Shown: piece by piece, positions 12,451-25,397 of the stretch
Layout of the letters: every line of letters starts with the position of its first letter
Position numbering within the stretch: the stretch's first letter is position 1
Source of the DNA: Octopus sinensis
Lineage: Eukaryota
DNA: 64,000 nt
Assembly (NCBI RefSeq): GCF_006345805.1
Contig: NC_043014.1
Span: 51,150,001-51,214,000, forward strand
Reading direction: 5' to 3'
Notes under the pieces: model-generated
What the model saw: only the letters and a program-made list of their open reading frames with translations
Database searches by the model: none
What the model was told of the DNA's origin: nothing
Position numbers and translations under genes: made by a program

Positions 12451-13764
12451 TATATATATAAGCATATGTGTATATACATACAAATACAAAGTACATACGC
12501 ACATCTAAGCATATCTATACACATACATATGTGTGTGTATGTCTGCGTATGTACACAAAAATACACACACTCACACATACATACATACATACATACATGC
12601 CTATAACTCTGATAGCAGAGAAATAATAATAATAATACAAATAATACCTTCTTACCGACGAAGGTATTTACTTAAAAATATCGGGATTCTTGTCTCCCGG
12701 CGGCATACAACGAAATCCAAATTTACCAAACATGGCTATATAACTTCTAACGTCGCAAATAAACAATACTTACCGCAGGGCGTGATTTTTTCCCTGATTC
12801 TTATCCGTGTGTTTAAGATTGCAGTTTTCTTTTAGTTTAATTCCATACGTAATTTCCTTCATTTTAAGATGGCTTCATTCTTATTCTCATGGTCGATTTG
12901 GCATTTCTGAATCTTTTCAGCCGATATGTATTAGGGTTAGTATATTTCTTGTGTAAGCTTATTTTTCTCCCCGCAGTGGTATATATATATATATATATAT
13001 TGTATTATTTACAAATATCCTTTTGCTTGTTTTGTTCGACTTCCATCTACTTTCTTGCGATATCCCGAAGAACAAAAGAGACATTTTTTTTTTCCTTTTT
13101 ACAATCAACTCTTTCTTCTCCTTTTGTCCTTCTTTTCCCTGATAGTCTATATGTTGTTTTTTTTCTTCTTTCTTTCTTCTATCTTTACACTTCGTTCCAA
13201 TCTCATATCCAGTCGCTATAGAAACAATTGTGGCAGTTGCATAAAGGACCCGATTCACTCTGCTTATTGAGATTACTTCTTCGTGGTTCCATATCAAAAA
13301 CCAGAAACACTGATATTCTTTGCATTCAATCCCCGTTCACTTTCAACTTTGGTCGAAGTTTTATTCTTCTTTTTTTATCTCTACTCTCCCCCCTCTCTCT
13401 CTCATCTCTCTCATTCCTTGCAATGGGACTTCAAGATGTCAGCTTCTTTTAGTATTTCTTCTCTCAAGCTTGTAATATCTTCTGATATATTGTTGGGTTT
13501 GTTATACTACTGGGAGTTTAGGTTAGAGTGTTTTCACTACGAAATCTTTAAATGTACGTTCTTCTCTCTGTATTCAAGTATTGCTTCTTCTCTGCATATG
13601 AAGGGTTATCAATTGCACTGGCTTCCTTGTTTACGCTGGTTGTTTTCCTAGTTTAGTTAAATACAAATATATATATACATACATATATAAGTTCTCATAT
13701 TTATACATATGTACTATACATATATACATACAAATTTATATACATAAATACATACATATAATAA

Positions 13765-13795
<31 letters not shown>

Positions 13796-14065
13796 GTGTG
13801 TGTGTGTGTTTAAGTGTGTATTTACATATATATTTATACATGTTACATATTTACATTTGTGCATGTATTTTTTTATGGCTGATCCTATTCATATCATGAA
13901 ATACCACACCAAACAATGCATACATTCCATCCACACGTAAACACATACAAGTATTAACACCACACTACACACACACACACACACACACACACAATATATA
14001 TATATATATATATATATGTATCTATTCACATACATTTATATATCTGTACATATATGTGTATATGC

Positions 14066-14127
<62 letters not shown>

Positions 14128-14346
14128 CATATACACATATATGTGTGTGCGTTGTGCGTGTGTATCTGAGTACGTAGGAGTTAATAACAGAATTCAACTG
14201 TTTTGTGGAACTCAGTGATAAACATAGAAAGTACTTGTGTCTTTATATGTAGCTCTGAAAAAAAACATAATTCTGATTTTCTACTCTGATGATAACGGTT
14301 GGCTTCATACGCGGGACAAAACCAACTGTTTACGCACATCAGAGTG

Positions 14347-14384
<38 letters not shown>

Positions 14385-14749
14385 TATATATATATACATA
14401 TATATATAGTAGAAATATGTTACGAAAAAGAAAATATAAAATACACGTGGAAATGTAGGTAAGGGTAAAATATGAAAAATCAACGAAAATGCATATTGCA
14501 AATAAAAAAAGGCTATTTATGACAGGTAACGACAAATATATACATTTAGATTGACTGAGGTAGTAATAAGAGTCATAAAGGTCATTATTATGGGATGATT
14601 ATAAGATGATAATAAAGTAAGAGAACAAAACGGACCATGGTTTACGCAAATTAATCATCGTTTGAACAACACCGGTTAATACACGGTGTCAGGTCTAATA
14701 TATATATGATGTGTTATGAACCCAAAATTGACTGCGACGCGTACTTTCT

Positions 14750-14781
14750 TTGATGAGTCCGTGAGTACGAAACACAACGTC
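14750..14781 (+). ncRNA. Decayed hammerhead core
   Basis: UUGAUGA-GUCC GUGA GUAC-GAAAC-ACAAC-GUC differs at two positions from the canonical CUGAUGAGUCCGUGAGGACGAAAC core. Stem I no longer pairs. Confidence 0.5.
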
Positions 14782-15192
14782 TCTGTGCCATTGTTGCATT
14801 AATTCCAAACAGTACCATACATTTTTGCAATTACAAAGCTAACAAATTATTTGGTCGATGGCATCACCTGAAACGATATTTAATTACTAATTAAATAGAG
14901 TAACAATATGCGTCTAAGTTAAAAATTAAGCTAAAAACCAAGATATAATTAAATATCTGAAGAATTCAATATGTTAATTTGTATATGTGGAAAAATAGCT
15001 TATATATCCAGGCTGAGATATATTCAGTTAAACAGTTGATTAACATCGTTTTAGCACGATATTTTGTAATTCCATTTAGCTTAATATTTCAACTTTTGCT
15101 TATTTCTGTTGTCCTGTTACCGTAATAATAGCAAAATTTTGGATTCTTTCTTCTATTTTTCGTATTTGTTGGGTTACTTCAAGAGAAAAAGC

Positions 15193-15404
15193 TCTCTCTC
15201 TTTTACTCTTTTATTTGTTTCAGTCATTTGACTTCGGCCATGCTGGAGCACCACCTTTAGTCGAGCAACTAGACCCAGGGACTTGTTCTTTGTAAGCCCA
15301 GTACTTATTCTATCGGACACTTTTGCCGAACCGCTAAGTGACGGGGATATAAACACGCCAGCATCGGTTGTCAAGCAATGCTAGGGGGACAAACACAGAC
15401 ACAC

Positions 15405-15449
<45 letters not shown>

Positions 15450-15613
15450 CGACGGGCTTCTTTCAGTTTCCGTCTACCAAATCCACTCACAAGGCTTTGC
15501 TCGGCCCGAGGCTATAGTAGAAGACACTTGCCCAAGGTGCTACTCAGTGGGACTGAACCCTGAACCATGTGGTTGGTTAGCAAGCTACTTACCACACAGC
15601 CACTCTTGCGCCT
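15193..15613 (-). mobile_element. SINE family A, full length
   Basis: Reverse complement of the 10349 copy, with internal (TA)n/(CA)n. Confidence 0.93.
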
Positions 15614-15832
15614 ATAAGCTGTTTGTATTTGTTTGATTTGTATCTTCTTGCTCTTTATGATATTTTGTTGTCAGAGAATTTCGTCTGTGTCCTTCCATTG
15701 ATATATAACATAACACGACAAATTCTTTCATCGTAAAGCTTTATGTTCCCTTTTGTTTGTCACTGTTTACCCCCTCTACAGATCCTATTTGAAAACTGAA
15801 CAAATCTTAATCCTTTTTAGACACATAACGAT

Positions 15833-16090
15833 GGAGTGCCGTATACTAACAAAAATAAGCGTTTCCCATACTTGCTTCTCATCACTTTCATTCAGGGCCC
15901 CAAACTTGCCAAAGCTGCGAAAACTGCCAAAACCGTTCGAGATATTTGTGCTCCGTACAGAGGCGGCGTTTTTAGTCAAAGGACTGCACAGAAATTCATT
16001 TTACGTTTCAAAAGGTTAAATTCAAAGCGTTTCGTTCAGCAACGACGTGGAGCCCAAATCGAGGCTTGATGAATTCTTTAAGTCAAGACT
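15833..16090 (+). pseudogene. Mariner transposase N-terminal HTH relic (second, unrelated copy)
   Basis: FPYLLLITFIQGPK..AAKT..DICAPYRGGVFSQRTAQKFILRFK resembles mariner FRHLLLFxFxxGxKAAEAARxICxVYGEG...RTAQKWFxRFK. Confidence 0.6.
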
Positions 16091-17011
16091 CGAGGATTTC
16101 TACCATGAAGGCATTGGTATGTTAGTAGCACATTGTAAAAAAGTCGAATAAGTCGAATATATTTTTGACTGATTTCTTTAAAATGCTGAAGAAAAATAGG
16201 AAAAAATAGCTAATTTATCTGATAAAGAAATACAAACAAGAAAGGAAGATATTGTTGAAATTTCTGCGCAGCATAGGATATTTTATAGGAAAAGCAGCCT
16301 TTAAAATAAAATAGTAAATGTTTTACCTGTTTCAGGCGAATGAAGGTGTGTGAAAATTTCTAACGGCGGTGCATCAGCATGGCCGCAGCTCTGAGCTGAA
16401 ACAAGAAAAACGAAATAATTCTACAATATCTATTTACAATTCGTTCACGAAATGCACGTGGCCTGGGGTCAGCTTGGAAGTAAGGTGAAGGTCATATGTT
16501 TAGCGATCCTATATCTAAAGGTTTAGATGTGACAGCCATCAACGAGACCAGATGTTTTTCGAAAGTAAAATTCATCGCTGTCTATGTGGGTCTCACTTCT
16601 AGAGATCGGCCTGGTAAGAGCGGAGGAAAGTATATTTTATGAAACCTTACTGCTTCGAAACTTTGGCTCATGTAGTAAGGAGGAAATGTCCGAACCAAGT
16701 TGGAAAGTCGATTGTCTTAAATGTGAAAAAATGTGACAGAGACACGAGGTCCTTTATATAAAAACTGCCCTATGAACGTGAGTTGCTTAGCAGAAACGGT
16801 TTGGATGGCCTGAAATATCAATTACATATCTGATAAGTTGCATCGAGTCATCTAGATAGTATTCAAATAAAGCCTTTACTGGGGCAACAAGAAAGAATAT
16901 GGTAACTCGTTTAACTTTAGGATCGAAACTAGAACGCTGTAGTTGCCACTAATGTTGTTGCTACCGAAAAACATTGGCTGAGAAACAAGATCTTATGCAG
17001 TGATATGAGTT

Positions 17012-17025
17012 GATATACATATATA

Positions 17026-17068
<43 letters not shown>

Positions 17069-17213
17069 ATACATATATATTATATATATATATATATCCA
17101 TATATATATATATATATATAATATATATACATCCATATATATATATATATATATATACATATATATATAGATGCATATATATATATATATGTATATATAT
17201 ATACATACATACA

Positions 17214-17242
<29 letters not shown>
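17012..17242. repeat. (TA)n-(ATAC)n microsatellite
   Basis: Direct reading. Confidence 0.95.
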
Positions 17243-17244
<2 letters not shown>

Positions 17245-17781
17245 TGTTGTCTGGCTGGCCAGTTATACAGTAAAATATATAACCGAGACTAGATGTAATT
17301 TCTTTCTTTACGAGAAGCTAATATTAAACTAACTTCGAAGACAAGTGAAAAAGTAAGAAAAGAAAGAAAGAACGAAAGAAAGAAAGAAAGAAGAAATAAC
17401 AAGATATTTACGTGGTCAAAATGATAGAGAAGACGGCGTCTGCATTTTCACCATACCATGTGCAGTTATGCTGAAAATAAATATCTCTCTGTGTGATCAC
17501 TTTCAAAAATTTACAACACTATAAATTGATGTTTCCATACATTGCTAAATGACTTAGACTGAATGAATATCTTCAGACTGGAGGAAAATCTTAAACGTAG
17601 AATGTTAAATGTGGTGTGAGAAATATAAAGTAAAAACAAAACGTGATTTTATTATTTTTTTTTTCTTCTTATAATCTTTGCTATTTCTCTCTGTCTGATC
17701 ATAATAGCACAGAACATAGTGACAGTCCAAAGAAAATTTTCAGATAATTTCTGGGTGTTTTAAATATCGTCTCCAGAAACC

Positions 17782-17783
17782 AG

Positions 17784-17834
<51 letters not shown>

Positions 17835-17850
17835 TTACTACTACTACTAA
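17782..17850. repeat. (CTA)n microsatellite
   Basis: Direct reading. Confidence 0.95.
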
Positions 17851-18164
17851 TACTGGTAGTAGTAGCGTTCTGTTACTTATATCTCTCTGATACCATTTTA
17901 TCGTTATCGATTTCACGAAATAGTAAATTAAATTTTAACAAAGCCACGTAAGACTTTGTTTACACCGACCTTATCACTAAGAGGCACACGCGCACACACA
18001 TAACTACCATGTCTCTATTTATCTATCTATACATGTGTGTGCATTTATATATAAATATATATATATATATATGTATATGTGTGTGTGTATATATACATAT
18101 ACATATATACATATATGCATATATGTATATATAGATATATATACATATATATATATACATATAC

Positions 18165-18288
<124 letters not shown>

Positions 18289-19105
18289 GCACATTCATAT
18301 TTTAAAGGAAAATGGAAAACAAAACAAAACCAGGACGTGTATCTCAGATCATTTAGAATATGTAATTAGAGTAACGTGAATGAAGAAAGGAGAAGTAGAA
18401 GTAATTAATGTCATACAGGTGTTTCTGTGATATCACCTGTGACAGGTCAACGTCTCCATATATTGTTATACCGTCATCAGAGACAAGGTGTGTATGCATA
18501 CATTAATATTCTCTGCTTCTCCATTTTTGATTAGCGTTACTCTAATTAAATATTACTCTAATTAAATATTCTAACTCATCTACAATGCTCGCCCTATCTT
18601 GGTTTTGTTTACCATTTTCCTTTTAATATACAGCTGCCGACTCGGATGCCTTGCTCCAGCCTCTGCTGTCACCTTGGAAGCTTACGGCTGACCAACTATA
18701 ACTCTTACGCAGCTTGCGTATTGCCTGTTTGTGCCTGTATGTGTGTAGTACGGATTCCATGTCGAAATACTGCTCACAATCCATTTATATTCCGTTAATG
18801 AATGTGGATAACACTTGAGGAAGTCATCCGGATAGGAAATATAACATGGATCGTTTGAAAAGCAAGACTCTCCTGTTTGTAGAGAATTTTCAGGAAACCT
18901 GCGTTCTATAAAAATATATTTTCCACCAAATTTGCAAAGGAAAGGATTTTATGTTATTCAGTCCATCATCCTGTAATTCTTAAGAAGGTCTTGCCCATGT
19001 TATTTCGACGCAGATATGGTGACCATTTATAGAGAATGAATAAGATATTTGCATTCTGTCCGTAAGAGATCATGTTCAGCCACACTGTATTCCAGGCGAG
19101 TTGGT

Positions 19106-19364
19106 TCATGTATGTATGTATGTATGTATGTATGTATGTATGTATGTATGTATGTATGTATGTATGTTGTATGTAATGTATGTATGTATGTATGCATGTA
19201 TGTATGTATGTATGTATGTATGCATGTATGTATGTGTGTATGTATGTATGTACTTATGTATTTTTGTATGTATCTATGTATGTATGCATATATGTGTGTA
19301 TTATATGTGCATGTGCATGTATGTATTATTTATATGTATGTATCTATGTATCTATGTATGCATG

Positions 19365-19419
<55 letters not shown>

Positions 19420-19585
19420 TTATGTATGTATTGTATATATGTATGTATGTAGGTATGTGTGTATGTATGCATGCATGTATTTATGTATGTATATATGCAT
19501 GTATGTATGTATTATACGTATATGTGTATGTATGTATGTATGTATGTATGTATGTATGTATGTACGTACGTACGTATGTGTGTAT
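19106..19585. repeat. Long (ATGT)n/(TA)n microsatellite
   Basis: Direct reading; source of the MYVC-repeat ORFs. Confidence 0.96.
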
Positions 19586-20582
19586 TAATGTATATATTCC
19601 TTATAGCTTTAAGTTCTTTTGAAGAGAGTTCAAGCTAGTTAGATATTTTTTTGTGTTTGTAAATATGGCGTTGGTTGAGCTGTCGACGCGCGGACCTAAG
19701 TAAAATTATTCACCGAAAGAATCTCAGATGAAGAATCCTTAAAAGTGGAAAAAAATCTTCAATGTATTACTATTAGTTTGGGTTTGGTGAATCCGCGTTA
19801 GTTTCCTTTCGTTCTTCTTCGATAAACCAAATATTTCCAGGAATTTGTGTGTAAGTGTTTCAGCATATAGCATAATGCACCTATTTTGATTAGGAGAAAT
19901 GAGAATTATAAATATATGTCTGCTCTACATATAGCAAACTAAATTGCATTGTGAAAGAGTCGTGTCTAGAACCTAGGTGTCGCTGTCCTGCAAGAAATCC
20001 TGGAGGGCTGAACAGGTGTTAGGAAATTCTTTTCATTTAGCCAACACAACTTTTAAAATAAACCAGTTAAGATGACAGGTATGTAGGCGACTCTCCGTTG
20101 CATGTGTGAAACGGTTTAAAAATACTTCGTTGGTAAATATTTCATAAAATGCAAGTCAGCCAAATAAACACGTGATATATTTAACAAATTAAAATTGCAA
20201 GAGGTTTAATATACCTGGTTATTATTTAATAAATATTCTAAAACATAGCGCGAAGTTCGCTTCATTAATAGTAAAATTTAAGTGCTACACATTCAAACAC
20301 ACACAAATACAAACATGCACATACACATATACACACACACACATAATCACACACAAACACACACATACATAAACAAACACGCACACACAGAGATAAGTCA
20401 GATATAGATTTCGTTCATGTATATATGAATAAATGCATACCTGCCTTCCTACTTACCTACAAAAATACATACATACATACAGACCTGTATACATACATAC
20501 TTAGATACATACATACACACATATGTAATTACACACACACTGGTTCACAGATTAGATATGCATGTATGTGTGTATATGTCTG

Positions 20583-20618
<36 letters not shown>

Positions 20619-20785
20619 TGTTTGTGTGTGCGAGTCTTAAGTTAATTCCACACATTGTACTCCCTAAAGTGAAAGAGAGTAGCAAGAAATGAAATATATT
20701 AATCTCTACTATGACACCAAGTTGTGTGTGCGTGTGTATGTGTGTCTGTGTACGTAAATATGTGTGTGTGTGTGCGTGTGTCTGT

Positions 20786-20817
<32 letters not shown>

Positions 20818-21022
20818 AAGAGAGAGAGTAAGAACGTGTTTGTTTGTATCAGCCATACATATGGGTATCGATTAGAAACCGTTGGTGATAGCAACGAACA
20901 ATGGCGCTTTGTGGCTTTTTACGTCATCTAAGCTGCAAATGTCTTGTACTTGGCTCTGGACAGCGAAGTGGCCATTTTCCATTTGGTAATCTGTAACATA
21001 ACATCATTACTATTTACACACG

Positions 21023-21959
21023 AAGGCGGCGAGCTGGCAGAAAAGTTAGCGTGCCGGGCGAAATGCTTTGCGGTATTTTGTCTGCTGCTACCTTACGAGT
21101 TCAAATTCCGCTAAGGTCGATTTTTCCTTTCATCCTTTCGGGGTCGACTAAATGAGTACCAGTTACGCACTGGCGTCGATATAATCGACTTAATCCGTTT
21201 GTTTGTCGTTCTTGTTTGTCTCCTCTGTGTTTGGCCCCTTGTGAGTAGTAAAGAAATAGGTATTTCGTCTGCCGCTGCGTTTTGTTTTCAAATTCCGCAG
21301 AGGTTGAATTTGACTTTCATCCTTTCGGGGTCGATAAATTAAGTACCAGTTACGCAGTGGCGTCGATATAATCGACTTAACCTGTCTGTCCTTGTTTGTC
21401 TCCTCTGTGTTTAGCCCCTTGTGAGTAGTAAGGAAATAGTTATTTCGTCTGTCGTTACGTTCTGAGTTCAAATTCCGTCGAGGTCGAAGTTGACTTTTAT
21501 CCTTTCGGAGTCGATAAATTAAGTACCAGTTACGCACTGGCGCCGATATAATCGACTTAATCTGTCTGTCTGTCCTTGTTTGTCTCCTCTGTGTTTAGCC
21601 CCGTGTGAGTAGTAAGGAAATAGTTATTTCGTCTGTCGTTACGTTCTGAGTTCAAATTCCGTCGAGGTCGAAGTTGACTTTTATCCTTTCGGAGTCGATT
21701 AAATAAGTACCAGTTACGCACTGGGGTCAATATAATCGACTTAATCCGTTTGTATGTCGTTCTTGTTTGTCCTCTCTGTGTTTAGCCCCTTGTGGGTAGT
21801 AAAGAAATAGGTATTTCGTCTGTCGATACGTTCTGAGTTCAAATTACGCCAAGGTCGACTTTGCCTTTCGGGGTCGATAAATGAAACACTGGTGCGATGT
21901 GATCGACCAGTTCCCTCCTCAAAAATTTCAGGAGTTGTGTTTTTAGTAGAAAGTATTAT
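21023..21959 (+). mobile_element. SINE family C multimer: one tRNA head plus ~4.5 tandem ~185-bp bodies, single TSD
   Basis: The head ggcggcgagctggcagaa occurs once. gtatttcgtctg-type unit starts recur at about 21074, 21260, 21441, 21625 and 21812. TSD tatttacacacg at 21011-21022 and 21960-21971. Confidence 0.92.
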
Positions 21960-22589
21960 TATTTACACACGTATCTTATAGATATTGCTGTGCGGACGCC
22001 CCCAGACGATGAAGAACTAGAGTTGCCCAATACGAAGATATAGAGGGAGAGATCTGGACGTCGTTAGACTAGAACAGAGTAGAGTTGAGTAGTAGAGGCA
22101 CCCCAACGTGTCCTTTATATACAAAATATTTTTGAGTGCAACAACAAATATGGTTATTTTGACACTGAAAGATTGGCGTGCTGTTCCACATTTTAGAATA
22201 TTAATACAAAATCATAAATATTAAATATGGCTGTTCGTAATTTTCAAACAACAAAATACGTTTATGTACGCATAACCTCAGCATGTGTTTATTTAGAAGG
22301 CAGGTATTTCCTTCCAGTTACCAGTAATTATATTTCTTTCTTGCTTATTTTATTTCCTTACTGTTCATATATTTCAACAAAATTTCAATTTCGCACGCTA
22401 GTTCATGCCTACATAATTTTGCAATGCGTAACACCGTAAACGGAAGTAAATGTCAGCCGGAAATATGTCAAAAGTTGGTTGTTCCCCGAAATATTTTTTC
22501 CACTCTCTGCAGTAATCGGAATTTGAATTACGCATAATATATGTACGCACAATCAAACACATACATACAGATACACACACATACACGCA

Positions 22590-22674
22590 CACATACAAAT
22601 GTACTTATGTATATATGCATATATATATATATATACAAATACATAAATATATACATATATACATATATACATAT

Positions 22675-22713
<39 letters not shown>

Positions 22714-22800
22714 CACATATTTACACACACACATATGTGTATATGTATATGTATATGGATATATATGGATATATATCATACAAATGTACTTATGTAAATA

Positions 22801-22839
<39 letters not shown>

Positions 22840-22849
22840 ACATAAATAT

Positions 22850-22904
<55 letters not shown>

Positions 22905-22995
22905 AACACATATTTACACACACACATATGTGTATATGTATATGTATACGGATATATATGGATACATATCATACACATGTATTTATAAATATGTG
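22590..22995. repeat. ~190-bp tandem duplication built from mixed microsatellites
   Basis: catacaaatgtacttatgta recurs at about 22592 and 22778, with a variant at about 22969. Confidence 0.75.
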
Positions 22996-23235
22996 TTCTC
23001 AAATGTATTTGTGCGTGTGTTTATATCATATTTTCAAACACAATAATTGACGCATGATAAATGCTTTTCGCTCGTACGTGCCGAAGAAAAACGATTTCTT
23101 CGCAATTGAATTCGTTCTGTGTTGTTTTTATCTGCTTCCATACTTGTCTTGCCTTCTTTACTTCATACATTTTATTTTACTCACCTGTGCAAAATAACAA
23201 TTCTCTTATCATTTTTGTGCATTCACTTTATCTTT

Positions 23236-23254
23236 ATGCAACTGGGTCTTCTTT

Positions 23255-23317
<63 letters not shown>

Positions 23318-23356
23318 TATTATTATTATTATTACTATTATTATTATTATTATTAC

Positions 23357-23395
<39 letters not shown>

Positions 23396-23677
23396 TATTA
23401 TTTATTATTATTATTATCATTGTTGTTGTTGTTATTTCCATTCTTCTCTTCCTCGTCTACCCCTTCCTCCTTTTCTTCTTCTTCTTCTTCTTCTTCTCCT
23501 TCTTCTTCTTCTTCTTCTTCTTCTTCTTCTTGTTTTTCTTCTTCTTCCTCTTCTTCTGCCTATTCTTGCCCTTCTTCCTCCTTCGGCTGCTGCTGATGCT
23601 GCTTTTACCTCTGAAGATTATGATGATGATGTTGATTACGATAAGGACGATTATAATCGTCGCCACCATTATTATTA

Positions 23678-23714
<37 letters not shown>

Positions 23715-23980
23715 CATCATCATCACATCATCATCATCATCATCATCATCACATCATCATCATCATTATTATTATTATCATATTATTATTATTGTTGTTA
23801 TTATTATCATTGTCATTCTTCTCCTTCTCTCCGTCTTCCCCTCCTCTTTTTTCTTCTTCTTCTTCCTCCTCCTTCTCCTGCTGTTCCTGCTACCTCTGAC
23901 AATTACGATGACGATGATGCTTATGATGATAAGGGCGATTACAATCGTCGCCAACATTATTATTATTATTACTATTATTA

Positions 23981-24023
<43 letters not shown>

Positions 24024-24037
24024 CATTATTATCATTA

Positions 24038-24129
<92 letters not shown>

Positions 24130-24170
24130 CATTGTTGTTGTTGTTATTATCATTATCATCATTTTAGTGT
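23236..24170. repeat. Compound triplet microsatellite (ATT, CTT, GAT, CAT) with an internal 285-bp duplication
   Basis: tacctctga...gattatgatg...cgattataatcgtcgcca recurs at 23606 and 23891. The 367/368-aa ORFs are by-products of stop-free triplet frames. Confidence 0.9.
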
Positions 24171-24737
24171 GATATTCCATTTTCTTTGTCTGTTCTTTTC
24201 AGTTTCACTTCTAAATAAATAAAAGTGGAAATAGATTTTTCTGACTTGCGTAGTATTTAACCCAATACAAATTACAATCTATTAATTTATGACTACTCTA
24301 TTATCACCGAAGATGCTGACGTGTGCTGCTGCAGTGGTGTATGAGCGATGTGGGGAGGATGATAGGGTGCGCATCCACTGCCAAAAGAAAAGAACGAAAA
24401 CTTTGTCATCATAACCTGATATCGCTACTTTGTTGAATTGATTTTACGTTTTTTTCGAAATGCAAGCAAATTCCTCATTGACACGGAGGTTGATGTGTTG
24501 CTGAAATTTTATTCATTCCTATCTCTGCCGATAATATCTGGACGTGGAGCAATTATCGGTTTCTCCATTCAGCAGAATTGTTTTTTGACTTTGGAACATT
24601 TCTATGGTAACAGACTGCACTACGTCGTAGTTCTCAAAACGTATTTCTTGTTTTCTCTTAAACATACAAGGCTGCATTTTTTGAGATGGAAAGTTACTGA
24701 AATCATATCACACACACACACACACACACACATACAT

Positions 24738-24803
<66 letters not shown>

Positions 24804-25001
24804 TATATATATATAGAGGTTTAACGAGAGTTCTCACCACACTAGAAAAAAAACTTCTTCCGAAAAACTTTTAGTAACATCCTCATTTTCATAACATTTA
24901 AAAAAATATAATTCTTTGAGAAAATCACCTTTACACTTTAAAAACTATTAATTAATCCTCATAGACTTTCAAATATATATATATATATATTATATATATA
25001 T

Positions 25002-25067
<66 letters not shown>

Positions 25068-25070
<3 letters not shown>

Positions 25071-25355
25071 AGGCGCAATGACCTAGTGGTTAGGGCAGCG
25101 GACTCGCGGTCGCAGGATCGCGGTTTCGATTCCCAGACCGGGTGTTGTGTGTGTTTATTGAGCGAAAACACCTAACAGCTCCACGAGTCTCCGGCAGGGG
25201 GTGGTGATCCCGGCTGTACTCTTTCACCACTCTTTCTCCCACTCTTTCTGCTGTTGGCCTGCTCGCTGGTGGCGTCATTCGAAGGCTAAAACAATGCGAA
25301 CGCATTGTGACCAGCGATATGTAACAACATCTGATTGTCTGGTCGGTCACGTGAT

Positions 25356-25362
<7 letters not shown>
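25068..25362 (+). mobile_element. SINE family B head with alternative tail (B2), embedded in (TA)n
   Basis: Same head as the 2891 and 30053 copies, then ggcgtcattcgaaggctaaaacaatgcg...ggtcggtcacgtgatc, which is shared with 33697-33985. Confidence 0.88.

Positions 25363-25397
<35 letters not shown>

Noticed and set aside
21023-21959. CRISPR-like appearance of regularly spaced repeats
   Set aside because: The whole ~185-bp unit is repeated with no unique spacers, the sequence matches dispersed SINE copies, and there are no cas genes in this eukaryotic context.
23061-24222. 368-aa and 367-aa ORFs, the longest in the track
   Set aside because: They are translations of ATT/CTT/GAT triplet microsatellites (poly-Y, I, L, F) with no domain content.
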